DNA of 64,000 nucleotides from Camelus ferus (Eukaryota). The stretch covers positions 8,310,001-8,374,000 of the forward strand of contig NC_045696.1 of NCBI RefSeq assembly GCF_009834535.1. Direction: 5' to 3'. The notes beneath the pieces are model-generated. The model did not search any database. It saw nothing but the letters and a program-made list of their open reading frames with translations, and had not been told where the DNA came from. A program made the translations under genes and the position numbers. Below are positions 46,560 to 59,222 of this stretch, piece after piece. Each line of letters begins with the position of its first letter. Position 1 is the first letter of the stretch.

Positions 46560-46990
46560 GAAAAAAAGATAATTCACAAGAGAAAAAAGAAGAGACACAA
46601 ACTTAAAATATTAATCAGAAAGTTGGTATAACCAATTTTTATGTATAATATGCTGACAATTATTTAAAAATATGTAGAATAAAAAAGATCAGATTGTAGA
46701 ATCAGTTAATAGTGATTGTCTTTGGACTATGAGTTTGTGCGTGATTGTTTTTCTTCTTTTGGCTTTTCTATATTTTTGGAAAAATTAACAATGAACTATA
46801 CTAACCCAGAGGCAGTGTGGGATAGTGAAAAGAAACCGAACTTAGAGTAAAACCTGGTTCAAATCCTGATTTTGCTTCTTAAATAAGTCGGCACCTCAGT
46901 TCCCTCACACGCCGAATAAGAATAATGAAATAATTTTGTAGATGTTTGGGAGAAAACTAAGTGAAAAAATAAGTTTGGAAGCATCTGGAG
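46560..46990 (+). mobile_element. Old L1ME 3' end (~46560-46800) followed by MIR (~46808-46990)
   Basis: gttaatagtgattgtctttgga (L1ME); gaggcagtgtgggatagtgaaaaga...cctggttcaaatcctg...cctcagttccctca (MIR). Confidence 0.6.
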
Positions 46991-47199
46991 CTAGTTGTAT
47001 TTAATTTTATCTTCCTTAAAGGATGTGGCACCTGCCTTTGGAATTTTTATAATCTCCTTAGGGAGACATGATTAAAATACATTAATGGACCAAAGTGCTG
47101 AGAGCTGTGGAACCTCGCTGTGGCCATTGCAGGGCTTCAGAGGACGTGTAAAAAACGGTGGAAGGAAGCCAAAAAAAATTTCTAAGAGGCAGGTGGGAC

Positions 47200-47960
47200 T
47201 TCAGCATTTCAACAACTAATATGTTGAATGTGCCAGACGCCATTCTAATCATTTTGGATGCATATTATCAAAATATTTATTAAGTGCCCACCACATACCA
47301 GGTGTTAGTCTGGGAATTGGTGGTAGAGGGGAGGACAGAATCGACCAAAATACCTTCTCTCACGGGGCTCATATTCTAATGAAGGGAGACAGATAATAAA
47401 CAAACAGGCAAAGTATGTGTATTGTTAGTACAGGATGTGTGTATGTTGCAGTTTTAAGTTAAGGTGACTGAGGTGCTTACTGCTCAGTTACGAGGATTAA
47501 GAAGACATCTCCGTGCCCCGTAACAGCCTGCTGGGGAAGAGAGCCTGAAAAACAGAATGGTGACCAGTCAGCAGAGTGAGTGCTCTTCTATAAACCCAAG
47601 ACCGTGAGACAGTGAAAGAGAGACAGACAGACCTCCTGGGGGCTTCGGGAGGGCTTCACAGAAGAGGTGATGCCCCAGGAGAGCCTTGAAGTAGGGTAGC
47701 AGCTCCCTAGTCAAAGAAGAGTAGGAGGGCATCCCAAATGCAGGGAGTGTGTCCAAGGGCGCTGGAACGTGACTGGGTGTGGAGTCTTGCAGGACCCTTG
47801 GGTGTGCGGGGAACACAGGATAGGGAGGGTTTGAAAGATGGATGAGGGACCTGACGTGGAGGGCTTTTCTCTGCCGAGCTGGAAAGGTTTGGATCTTATC
47901 CTATAGATGAGGGAGTTTCCAGAGTTACTTTAAGCAGAGATGTGCCAAAATATTCCTAAC
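47200..47960 (-). mobile_element. L2 fragments
   Basis: atatttattaagtgcccaccacataccagg, gggagggcttcacagaagaggtga, ggtttggatcttatcctataga. Confidence 0.7.
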
Positions 47961-48986
47961 ATTGGAAATTGTTTGGGTGGGGACTTCACTAACCGAGCTC
48001 TAGAAGAGAGCGGGCAGAGCAGGTGGGGAAAGTGGAAGAGGAAGTGGGGTGAGCTCAGTCGGGCTGTGTGGAGGTGGAGCATCTGCGGGAGCTCCTGGTG
48101 CAGTGTAGGGCACAGCCGGTTGGGGAGCTGAGCTGAGGCGGATCGGGAGGCGGTGTCCAGATCTGAGTGCACCTCAAGACTGTAACTCTGTCTGCCCTCC
48201 TAGTGTAGTTGATCCTACCCCAAATTCCAATATCTTGATTAGATTAAATAAAAATCTTGAAAAAATGAAAGCGAATGACACCCGTTTATTCTGCTGTAAA
48301 GGCTGTGGCTTCTCTTACAGCGAAGTAAGATAAAAGTGAGACGATTTGTTCTCTGCCAGCTCACGCTGATCATTTCCCACTAGGGTTTCCACTTAGGGGT
48401 TTTAAAAGCATCGTTACACAGAAGCCTTTTTTTTCTAGTTAAGGAAATTAAAAGTAGGAACGTAGACTCATTGAAGCCCCGGTCACTCCTTCCCCCACTC
48501 CACAGCCCTCCTTTTTCGATGCTTGTGTTTTCTGTGCATGTTTCTCACTTTCAGAAATAACTGCTGGCCATTTCCTTTGAGTGGCAGATCCCCAGGCCTG
48601 CACATTTACGGTGTATCTTCCCCGTGGGCCTCATTCCCTTTCCTTCCACCTTTGCTGCACCTTCCTTACTTGGATTGCCTACTGATGGCATTTGTCTCAG
48701 GACCCCTGGATCCAGAGAACTGGTCAGCCGTCTCCCATCAAGGTTTTGGCCTATGTTACCCATGACTATTTTTTATTTTTCTTTTTTTAACTTTAAATTT
48801 GAGCAAAATTCTGTTCAAATAGGCAATATCAAACCGGAAGTGCCCAGGACTGCTCTCCATCTCCACCCCTGCCCCATCAGCTTTTTTGCTTGATTCCTTT
48901 CCTTCTTGAATGACATCTTTTGGCTGCCCTGGTCCTGATGGGGTGGGTAGAGCCCTCTCTTTCACACTGTCTGGCTGGCTGTTGTC

Positions 48987-48987
<1 letters not shown>

Positions 48988-49012
<25 letters not shown>
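48988..49012. repeat. (TG)12 microsatellite
   Basis: Read directly from the sequence. Confidence 0.95.
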
Positions 49013-49017
<5 letters not shown>

Positions 49018-49419
49018 GTTCCGTGACTCTTTCTCCAGAGGCTGCTGGCTGGAGTGAGCTGGTCCAGCCCCCGCTGGGAGGAGGGCAGTTTTCCTCCTGT
49101 GGGGACAGGGTGCTCCCCCTCCACGAGGTTAACTGCCTTGTCAGATGCTGATGTTTTTGCTCCTCTTCCTGTTTCAATAAGAATGAATCACATTCGAAAA
49201 TATTTCCATCCTCTCAGTGACTACATTGAATAACACACATTTTTCATTAATATTTACCGTAATCAATGTCAATCTTGCTCTTTTCCTTTTCTTTTTAAAT
49301 TTAGTACCATTATTTCTATTATCTAGTTTTCCTCAATCACTAGACTTAATTTCATTAAAACAGATTCCTTCCCAGATAAATTGAGAAATAACCTTTTAAA
49401 AAAAAATTCTGGAGACTCA

Positions 49420-49670
49420 GAGTTCATTAGTGGACATAGGAAACAAATTTGTGGTTACCAAAGTGGAAAGGGGTAAATTAGGGATTAACAGATACCACTA
49501 TATATAAGATAGATAAACAACAAGGATTTACTGTATTGCACAGGGAACTATAATGACTATAATGGAAAAGAATCTGAAAAAGAATATATATATAACTGAA
49601 TCACTTTGCTGTACACCTGAAACTAACATAACATTGTAAATCAACTATAGTTCAATTTTTAAAAAAAGAA
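49420..49670 (+). mobile_element. Young L1 3' end
   Basis: gacataggaaacaaatttgtggttaccaaag...aactaacataacattgtaaatcaactatag followed by an A-rich tail. Confidence 0.9.
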
Positions 49671-50699
49671 TTTAGAAAAAAGATCTCCTAGTCTGGAAGG
49701 TTTCTAGGCTAAATGTAGAAACTTGAGACCAAAAAAAAAAAAAAAAAAGATTTCTTCGGTGGAAAAGAGAAAACTGCAGTGGAAAAGTGTAGATGTTTGG
49801 CTCATAGATTGCTGCAAACTATTTTCAACTGACTTCCTCCTCAAGTCTCCCCCCGCTGCTTAGAGTGGGGTCTCCAACACTGAGCTTTAATTAGTACAAG
49901 TATTTTATAACATGTCTTCAAAATGGGAGAAATGACCCTGTCTCTCTGTGACATATTGAGTTTTGTAATTATAACAGACTATTATCAACTAAAAATCTAC
50001 TCTCTCTGCCCTCACTCCCATACCCTTTTAATGGATGAAGGGAGAATCATTTCAAAATAGTGGAATTTCAAGACAGCTATGTTCATGTGCCTGCTTTCTG
50101 AGCGGTTGGTGGCCACCTGCTGCTGAGAAGCTGTTTCAAAGGGGAAGTGGACTAACTTCCCTTTTGAGCAAGAGTAGCATCAGTCACAGTTCCTACCCGA
50201 GTCGCATCCTCTATATCATAAGCACGCTTCCTTAAAGGCCTTTGGGCATACGCCGTATGGTTAGGCAAAGCCCTTTCAAAATCCAGATGTGTTTTCCAAA
50301 CAAATGCCAGATTTCCTGGGACTGCTGGGTACAATCCCCTAGTCCTCAAATATAGTGCATCTAAGATTGAATAACCTTCCCTTTTTAGTGTTTACTTAAA
50401 GTGGAAGTGATGTTATCCAGACCCTGGGCGCAGATGAGATCATGTCAGGAGGTTTCGTTCTGATGTTGTCTTCTCTCAGTCGTGTAGTGACATCAGGATC
50501 TGAGGGCAGATGGATGGCTCCGATGATATTTGGAGGTCCCTGCCATTTCCAGCTGTCCACGATCGTTGGGAAGTCACTGGGGATGTGAGGGTGTCACATA
50601 AGGTGGCAGGTCAACCTGTCTAGTTATTCGTAGCCGTGGTAAGACACCATGGAACTGCTGGTAGTGTGCTCTGAAAAGACTTCTCTGTTGTTGCTTTTT

Positions 50700-50997
50700 T
50701 AAGAAATAGATTTTATTTTATAGAGAAGTTTGACTGCACAGCAAAACTGAGTGGAATGTACAGGGATTTCCCACATACCCCCCCCCCAAAAACATGAATG
50801 GCCTTCTCCGTAATCAACACCCCCCACCAGAGTGCTACAGCTGTTACAGCTGATGAATCTCCACTGACACATGGTAATCACCCAAAGGTTGTAATTTACC
50901 TTCTGGTTCACTCTTGGTGGTGTACATTCTCTGGGTTTGGACAAATGTATAATGACATGTATCCACCATTATAGTGTTACACAGAGTAGTTTTGCCA
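50700..50997 (-). mobile_element. L1MC1/2-like 3' end
   Basis: cacagcaaaactgagtggaatgtacag...ggtttggacaaatgtataatgacatgtatccaccattatag. Confidence 0.85.
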
Positions 50998-51493
50998 TGT
51001 GTTATTGCTTTAAAAAAACATTTTGCCTCTGTGTAGGTGGATTTCTTTAAGGTCGTACCTGAGAAGATGAAGGGTTGAATTCTATTTTTCTTCTAAGATT
51101 TTAGGCAGGAGAAAGTTCTTCATGAATGTCTCATGAATTGTCAGTGGATGTTCTTCGATGAAAGTGTTCCATGACTGAATGAGTTTGGGAAATGCTGGGG
51201 AAAAGTATGATGGAGTCGTCCATGGGATATTTACATCGCTATTCTGATTCTGCCATAAAAACATATGTTTTCTAAATCAACTTAATTATCTAATTAAACC
51301 TAAATTTCATTTCTGAGAAATTGATGAAAAAACGAACCATGAACATCCTAGCAATCGGTCCTCATATCTGTTTAAATTAGCCCTCCCTTAAGGATTTCAT
51401 CTATTCATTCGTTTGTTTGTTCGTTTTATAATTATGTATTTTATGCCTTCTCTGCCAATACTTAGGGACACACTGCACCTTAACAAGAGGGAG

Positions 51494-51872
51494 AGTGTGG
51501 CTGAGGTGGCCAGTTACTCATCTGCTTCCTTAGTATTGTTGAGCACATGGTAGCCCAGGACAAAGACAGTCCCATCTTCTTTTGTGGCGAGGAATGCCAT
51601 GAAACTGAGTTCTGGCCAGTGGGATCTGACCTTGAGCGCTGTGGGCAATCACTGTTACTTAGCCTCTTTGCACTGGCCTTAGGTGTACACCTGTCAATAG
51701 CTGGCCAAATGGAAACCATTTTGAGTGTCAGAGCAGGAAGATAGAACTGAGACTCTGATGTTGTGGACTGCATGGCAGCCTTTAAATACTTAAGATTAGA
51801 CTGTCACGTGAAAAAAGTAAACTTCTGTCAGCTAAAGTCAAATGGCAGCCAAATCAGTAAACTATCTGACCT
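51494..51872 (+). mobile_element. Old MaLR LTR (MLT1J-like)
   Basis: gccatgaaactgagttctggccagtgggat, agagcaggaagatagaa, gtgaaaaaagtaaacttctgt. Confidence 0.65.
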
Positions 51873-52421
51873 AGAAAGTATCTCCAGGGACCAGGCATTG
51901 TCATAAGATCAGGCAGACGAGACATACAGGAGGTAAGTCAGTGGCCAGTGACCATCTCAGTTTATATAAACGGTCTGAATAGTGAAAGGGAACATTTAGT
52001 GACTTAAACTTCTCATTCCTGCATGTTGAAGGGAGAAAAGAACCAAGGAACTGAAATTCCTTTAAGTGATAGTGAAGAGAAGGCAGATTCTTTTCACCAT
52101 TTTGGCTGATAATCTTAGAGAAATAAGGCCAGCTTTCGGCAGGACAGCTGCATTTTCCCAGTTAGCTGAAGTGTGCGGCTACCTGACATGGATTTAAAGG
52201 GTTTAAAATAATCAGCATTGATTTCCCTAATTCCTTCTATGTATCTTTGTAAAACAGATCCTAACACCGTAAACTTCTTTCTCCCAGACTGCTGCCTCTA
52301 TCCACGCAGTGGGCGTAGGCGAGCACACAGGCTTATATGTAGATGTGGGTTAGGCACAAAATAGCTTTTTTTCCTAAACAAGGAAAAAAACTCCTCAGTT
52401 CATCACTAAATGCGACATTTT

Positions 52422-52799
52422 GTTTTGTTTATTTTTAATTCTTATTTTTATTGAAGTGTCATCAGTTTACCATGTTAGTTTCATGTGTACAGCAAAGCGA
52501 TTCAGTTATATATACATACACATATATATTTTCAGATTCTTTTCCATTACAACTCATTACAAGAAATGAATATCCTTCCCTGTGCTATACAGTAGGTCCT
52601 TGTTGTTTATCTATTTTATATATAGTAGTGTGTATCTATTAATCCCAAACTCCTAATCTATCCCTCCCTTCCCCTTTCTCCCCTGGTAACCGCAGTTTGT
52701 TTTCAATGTCCGTGAGTCTATTCCTGGTTTGCAAATAAAATGTGTAATTTTTTTTGGAGTCCACATATAAGTGAAATCATACGATATTTGTCTTTCTCT
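52422..52799 (-). mobile_element. Young L1 3' end with 15-bp TSD
   Basis: TSD taaatgcgacatttt (52407-52421) / taaatgtgacatttt (52800-52814), differing only by a CpG transition. Confidence 0.92.
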
Positions 52800-53443
52800 T
52801 AAATGTGACATTTTAGATCTGAGTAGACAGAAAGGACCGTGTGAAAATGGGCTGAGCTTCCACGTAGTTAACAAGATGTCACTTTGTGAGAGAATTTTCA
52901 TAATTAATGAACCAGTTCAATTTGCTCTGCCACTTGACTTTGATTAATATGTCGTGGAGTATTCCCACTGGGACTCTTTCCAGTTGGTTTGGGAAGCTCT
53001 TATGTCTATATCCTATGCATGTGCATGGATCAAAGTGCTGGCATCCAATACCCGCCTTGTTAGGTCAGGGAATAGCCGTGCAAACTCAGTGACAATGCCT
53101 GAGCCCCTGCAGCAAGTCAGCATTTGACCTGGACGGACAAACCCAGACCCAACAAACAAAAAGCCAAGCCAAAAATATTTGGAGACGGGATCGCACCACT
53201 CATTGCCTATTTTATGGAGTCTTGGAAGGAGGATTTGTATAACTAATTTTATTCCTAATTCTGCCATGGATTCAGTAGACTGAATTGGAATGACTTTAGC
53301 TTTGTCTTTAAACCACCTGATTAAAACTTCCTTCATTGCAAATGCAGTTAACAGGGGTAAATTGTTTGTAGGATGAATACCGGTTTCCAATCAGTGCAAT
53401 TTTCTGTTTAGAAAACACTGTATCTCAAAGAAGACATTTGGTA

Positions 53444-53921
53444 CAGGCATACCTTGAAGATGTTGTGGGTTTGGTTCCAGACCACTGCAATAAAATGAAT
53501 ATTGCAATAAATAAAGCAAATCACATGAAGTTTTTGGTTTCCCAGTGCATGTGAAAGTTATGTTTACACTATGTCATAGTTGACTAGGTATGCATTATGT
53601 CTAAAAAAATGTACATACCTTAATTAAAAAATACTTCCTTGCTAAAAAATGCTAACTATCGTCTGAGCCTTCAGTGAGTCATAGTAGTAACATCAAAATC
53701 ACTGATCACAGATCACCATAATAAATATAATAGTAATGATAAAATTAGAAATATTGCAAGAATTGCCGAAATGTGACACAGAGACACAAAATGAGCAAAT
53801 GCTGTTGGAAAAATGGCGCCGATAGACTTGTTCAACACAAGGTTGCCACAAACCTCCAACTTGTAAAAAATGCAGTGTTTGTAAAGAGCAATACAGTGAG
53901 GCACAATAAAAGGTGTGCTTG
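53444..53921 (-). mobile_element. Internally deleted Tigger1 derivative (Tigger1a-like, TcMar)
   Basis: TIRs caggcatacct... and ...aggtgtgcttg, flanked by TA on both sides; ggttccagaccactgcaataaa Tigger1 end sequence. Confidence 0.9.
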
Positions 53922-53923
53922 TA

Positions 53924-54373
53924 CAGAGAATTTGGTACATGATTTGAGAGGGATGAAGGAGAAAAAAATGGGGAGGAGGCAAGTTTACCCAAAGTTTGGT
54001 AACTGCAGGAAGCCACCATCCTCCTAGGCTTGAAGATGCCACAGAGAACATGGGGAGACTCTCAGCTTTGGTTTTCTGGGCCACAAAACTGTTGCTGCTA
54101 TAACTGAGCTGACTGAGCAGAAACCCAGAAGCCACACTGCCAGCCTTTGATGCTGTGGCCACCATTGCCAGAGGCACCTCTAGAAGATGGAAAAATAGCA
54201 TCTCCCTCACTCCCACCTTCCAATTTGCTGCTGGTGCCTCCTATTGGGAGAAACCAACAGAGGGCTGGTTGGCAAGGGAAACTGGGAAATGTAGTTTTCA
54301 GGCTTCCTGCTCCAGGTCAGAGAGGAGGACGTAGAAGAGCGTGGAGCTGGGAACAAGAGACTCCAGTCAGCAC
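53924..54373 (-). mobile_element. ERVL LTR (LTR33-like)
   Basis: gtaactgcaggaagcc...ctggtgcctcctattgg...tggcaagggaaactgggaaatgtagttttcagg. Confidence 0.75.
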
Positions 54374-55099
54374 CCAAGTGTATCTAAGGACATATTGTCC
54401 ATAAATTTAAGGTAGATGCACATTACTTAATTAAGTTAATGAATGAGATAAATTTTATTACTAGCCAAGATATCACCTCTTTAAACCTTACATCTCTGTG
54501 GAATCATACATAATTATAATCTAGCATACACATACAATTCTGAAGTTGTATAGATGCTCATGGTATTATATTTAAAATGTTCATGTCAATATTTATTGAG
54601 ACTAGTTATCCAATTATCCAACTGGCTTTATTGGTAAGAAGCAAGGCCAAAACTATCATTTACACACTATGCGACTATGCGTTGGCCATGCCAATCCTGT
54701 CTTTCTACAATGACAAAAATAATCCAATTTAAACAGAAAAGGGAGTGAAGAAATGAGGTGAAACTCAGCTTAAACCTAATACAGCTTCCATTTCAGGTAA
54801 GAACTCAGGTGGCCCCTTCCCTGGGCAGATTTCCTCCTAAATGCATCTCCAGCCCAATAATACCTTGGGGAGATAGGAAACGCTCAAGGACTTATTGCTT
54901 CCCTGTGGGCTTCCGGTGGTCAAAAGAAGTCAAGGACTTGGCCACTTGAGGGAACAGATGAAGGACCTTTGTCCCACCTTTGTGGCCCAGCAGTGTTTAA
55001 TCCTGTTAATAAAAAGAAAAAAAGCCTGTTGGTCTTAGTGGCATTGTATAAACAGGACCGGATAATTTTCTTTCACTGAATTCATTCCTGTCTCTTCAC

Positions 55100-56900
55100 G
55101 TGGGTCTGAGAAGTGTGTCTGGAGGGCATTTTCCTTCTTGGTTGGAGGTGACTTAACAGACTGGCAATTACTGTCATCACGAGCCCAATCGCAGAGCTGC
55201 AAGTTCCAGGCGGCTGCTGACTCCCAAGCAGCGTGGGACAAGTGGGAGCAGCTGAGACCACACTGAGCGGCCAGGGAACTGTAGACAAGTAATCTGCAGG
55301 GGGAAAAGGCCCCTTTGATCTTTGCACCAGACAGCAATTTCAGCAGAAGCGGAGTCGACATGGTACTTTTTTTATTGCAGTGGAATGGGCATTACCGACT
55401 TGGATGTGGAGGGGCTGCCAAGAGGAAGGAAAGACGACCTTTGGCTTACCTGCATCTTAAGCTGTGCAAAGGAAAAAGCTTCATGTTTTTATTAAGTAAA
55501 AACGAAATAAATGTTTAATAAAGGCAAATCATTTGTTATTTAATGTTTTTAATCACGTGGCCGGTTTCAGCTGATGTTAAGATCGGATGGGCAATTGGTC
55601 TGGTAATGGCAATTTTCTTTTTGATCCTCAGGGTAGACACCAAAATTCAATTATTTTTGTTAAATTCAGTACAGTGCTTGCCCTCAGATTTCCCTGGAAA
55701 CATCTGCTGTCAGGCTCCAGGGAGAGAACAGATTTGTACGTGTGCCCTTGGAAATACTTCTGTCTTATCGTTAAGCCAGTTTGAAATGTCAGAAAGGCTA
55801 TTTATATAGAGAGTGGTCCCAGGAAGAAGGTGGATCTGGATGAAGGGCACCTGCTCATGTCCTTGGTGCTGATTGCAAGACAAGCATCTCATCACAAGCC
55901 ACTCTGACTTGGTCAGGATCTGCTGATGCCTTAGTGCCTTTGGAAAAGAACCTGTCTGTGCATCTTCTTGGTTAAGCAATTAATTCAGCTCATCAGAATG
56001 TCCTGGTTTCAGAATCACAGTTTTTTCTTGAACTAAACAAGTTATGGACCCTCTCATTGGATGGGATGTAGGGAATTCATGGTCACTGTTGTAATCTGAT
56101 TTTTCAGCATATACCAGTAGACTATCAATCATAAATATAGAATGAATGAACAAAATGAATTCTTTGCTTAAGACCAGTGATTTCCCGGTAGAATTCCCCT
56201 TTTTCTTGTGTCTACAGGAAATGTCTTCCTTAGTTGTGTGTGTGTCTGCCAGCCTCCCTGGTTCTTAGTCAGCCACAGAGGGGGTTGTGTTCAGAAGCAC
56301 ACACCATGTGACGTGTCAGGCAGATCAAAGCAGGGATTTCAGGGCTGACTGCAAGGGGAAACGGTTAGTAATTAAAAAAAGGATGTGGAATTGGTCATGT
56401 TGACTGAGAGGGCCCAGAACCTTGGCGAAAGGCTCCCAGAGGCTGCCAAGATGAAAAGAGTGGCTGGGCTGAGTGATGTTCCGGTGAAGCTGGCAGGTGT
56501 GAGTGCTGCTGGATGAGGGGAGCTGAGTAGGAGGGTCACTCTCACCCAGGCCACAGGCTCACCTAGTGTAAGAGCCTCTTCAGCTCCAGCCATAGTTTTG
56601 GTTTGTTTTGAAATGGGGCTTTTAGGGGCCATTGGGGACATACAAAAACTTGATAATGATGTTTGTTTCTGAGAGTCAAGCTGCGGTTTCTCATTCGCCA
56701 CTTCTGGCTTTTCGTTGCTTCATGTCGATCTGTTTTATTTCCAGATTGAAGATCAAAGAAACTGCCCTTGCATTTGCTCATTTCTCTCCCTTGTGTGCAG
56801 TCTAGTGCATTGATGAAACCAAACACATACCCCCTTCCCCCTCCCGCCCCGGGAACATGTGAGTGCTGGCTTCTCCACCGTGGCTGTAGCCACCGCGCAC
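55100..56900. promoter_or_regulatory. Candidate enhancer region with TCF/LEF, CDX/HOX13-type and E-box motifs
   Basis: CCTTTGATCT 55312, AGATCAAAG 56322 and 56750, TTTTATTG ~55370, CACGTG ~55554, CAGCTG ~55568; largely free of recognisable repeats. Confidence 0.4.
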
Positions 56901-57765
56901 GTTTTGGTAGCTTGGTGGTGAGGGGTAGATTGTGACAAAGGGAGGTGACACGGATAATGGGTTTTGGGGAAAAGTATACTAGAGGTGAGTCCCATCTCAG
57001 CAAGGGGACTTAGCAAGTCTCACCTAATGGGTAAGTTTTGTGAGCTGTAGAAGTTCTGGATGTAGCTGTGAGTATGTGTGTGTCGGTGTGTATTCTTGGG
57101 AGTTGGCCAATGAATCAGAGAACCTCCAAAGAAATTTTCCACTGATTGCTTGGGAGACTTGTGAGCTTATAAACTGCCTCATTGAGTTTTTAAGCTGTTT
57201 TCCTGAGGGAGTGATGATGTTTGATCCCTTTTGCAATCTTCGTAAATATCTCAGGACATGATGTCCCTATAACAAGGAGTAGCTTCTATGGTTCCTAACC
57301 AAGGGACAGTGCAGTTTCTTAACTTCTGAATGATGTTTTTCCCCTTGTTCTTTACCCCCTTTCAGTCCTCTTCTAGCTCCTGCCCACCTTCTCCAAATGG
57401 ACCAATGCTGTGGACAACATGGCAAGTAGGGAAAGCGTGGGGGGAAGTGTTGGACTTTGCTGGTTCAACTTTGGTGGTTTAGAGGTTTAGAGGGGATCCC
57501 AGCCTCGGAGCAGACTTCAGCTTTATGGGGAATCTTGTATACCAAGACTGGTTTGACGTATATATGACGGATGTTAAAATAGTAAGCAGTTATGGGAGAG
57601 GGGGTTGTGGGTGTTTGCTAATTTCTCCATACACATGTAATTTCAAAACACAGAAATACCTGTTGAGGGATTGGAAGGCTGATGTGGAGACCAGTGAGAA
57701 AAGACAAACTGACAGATGTATGCTGGATACTTCAGGTCTTTACGAAGACATGTCCACATCCCCTG

Positions 57766-58142
57766 TGTATCAGCCATCATTTACCATATAAATGCCATGC
57801 CGTAGCACCCCAAAACTCAGTGACCGAGAACTATAATTAATCATGATTGCACTTGTGTCTGTTGGCGTGGCCAGGTGGCTAGGATGGTCCTGCTCTAGGT
57901 ATCTCTCGTCCTCTCCTGGGGTTGGGAGGTTAACCACAGGGTAAGCTGAAGCATGTTCTTCTCCTGGAGATGGAGGAGGTGCAGGAGGAGAATGGAAACA
58001 AAGGAAGCTGCACACTTCCTTCCACCCACATGCCCCGGCCAAGGCAAGTCCCATGGCAGAGCCCAAGGTCAACATGCAATGGGATACTGTCTGGTCAAGG
58101 GTGAGGATGCAGAGGGGTGTTAATATATGGCTAATATTAACA
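57766..58142 (-). mobile_element. Old MaLR LTR (MLT1H/I-like)
   Basis: tgtatcag...caccccaaaactcagtg...ggccaaggcaagtcccatggcagagcccaaggtcaa. Confidence 0.75.
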
Positions 58143-58877
58143 TATACATAGAGAGAGACCACATTCTACATATAAAATAATCTCTCTATACCACAATTAA
58201 AATACAATAATATAATGTATTTTATTAAGTTATGTACTTTGTATAGTCTGTATAGTTAATGATGTAGTAGGATATGTGATTTCTTACCTGTACGATTCTA
58301 TTTCATGTATCTGTATATGAGATTCCAGTGAGAATGCTCACATCGGGATTTCTCAAGGGTTCTTTCTGGCTCCATCACTGTGACATGGCGTTGGGGAGTT
58401 TGTAGCTGCCCTGTTAGATGGTGATCTCCTTTGGAAAAGATACAACATCCTAAACTTTGCACCTGTGATTTTATTTTTGATTCACTGGCCCCCTGGCACA
58501 TCCCCACCGGATTCCTGGGTAGGGAGGCTCAGTGGCTTTGAGGTGCAGTCCTCTTAGATTGAGCTGGAGGAGACAAGCCTGCATTTAAGCCAGGGATGAG
58601 AGTCTTTCATTGAAACTCTTAGCAGGGAGGACATTTTGTTTCTGGACAGGAAACTGCTACACCTGGGTCAGCCGTGCTGTCCCCGCCACCTCCTTCAGAC
58701 TCTCCCAGCAGTGATGGGGCTGCCTGGGTCTCTCTTTCCCTAGATGCCCACCTCGTAGCAGGCCACAGGGAGGCCACAGGTGCCCCAGGAAGACGGCACG
58801 TCATCTGGGCAGTATCCTGGTGATGTAGACAGATACCTCCCTTTAGTGTTTGTTGGCTCTCAATAAATATTATGGAA

Positions 58878-59222
58878 TGTTGTTTATCTATCTTATATAT
58901 AGTAGTTGTACCTGCTAATCCCAAACTCTTAATTTATCCCTCACTGCCCCTTCCCCCTTCGGTAACCAGAAGCTTGTTTTTCATGTCTTTGAGTCTGTTT
59001 CTGTTATGTAAATAAGTTCATTTGTATCATATTTTTAGATTCCACATGTAAGTGATATCATACAATATTTGTCTTTCTCTGTCTGACTTACTTCATTTAG
59101 TATTCAATATCTTGTAATAACCTATAATGAAAAAAGAATATAAATATATGTAACTGAGTCGCTATGCTGTACACCAGAAACTAACATAACATTGTAAATC
59201 AACTATACTTTAATACAAAAAA
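58878..59222 (+). mobile_element. L1 3' end with 5' inversion (twin priming)
   Basis: 58878-59100 is antisense L1 3' region; 59101-59222 is the sense L1 terminus with A-tail; imperfect TSD aaatattatggaatg / aaaagttacgggatg. Confidence 0.85.

Noticed and set aside
53713..54216. Longest ORF in the track (167 aa)
   Set aside because: Spans the junction between a Tigger1 derivative and an LTR33-like element; no transposase motifs.
57211..57329. Box C/D snoRNA (GTGATGA ... CTGA)
   Set aside because: No terminal stem, no convincing D'/C' pair and no recognisable rRNA/snRNA antisense element.
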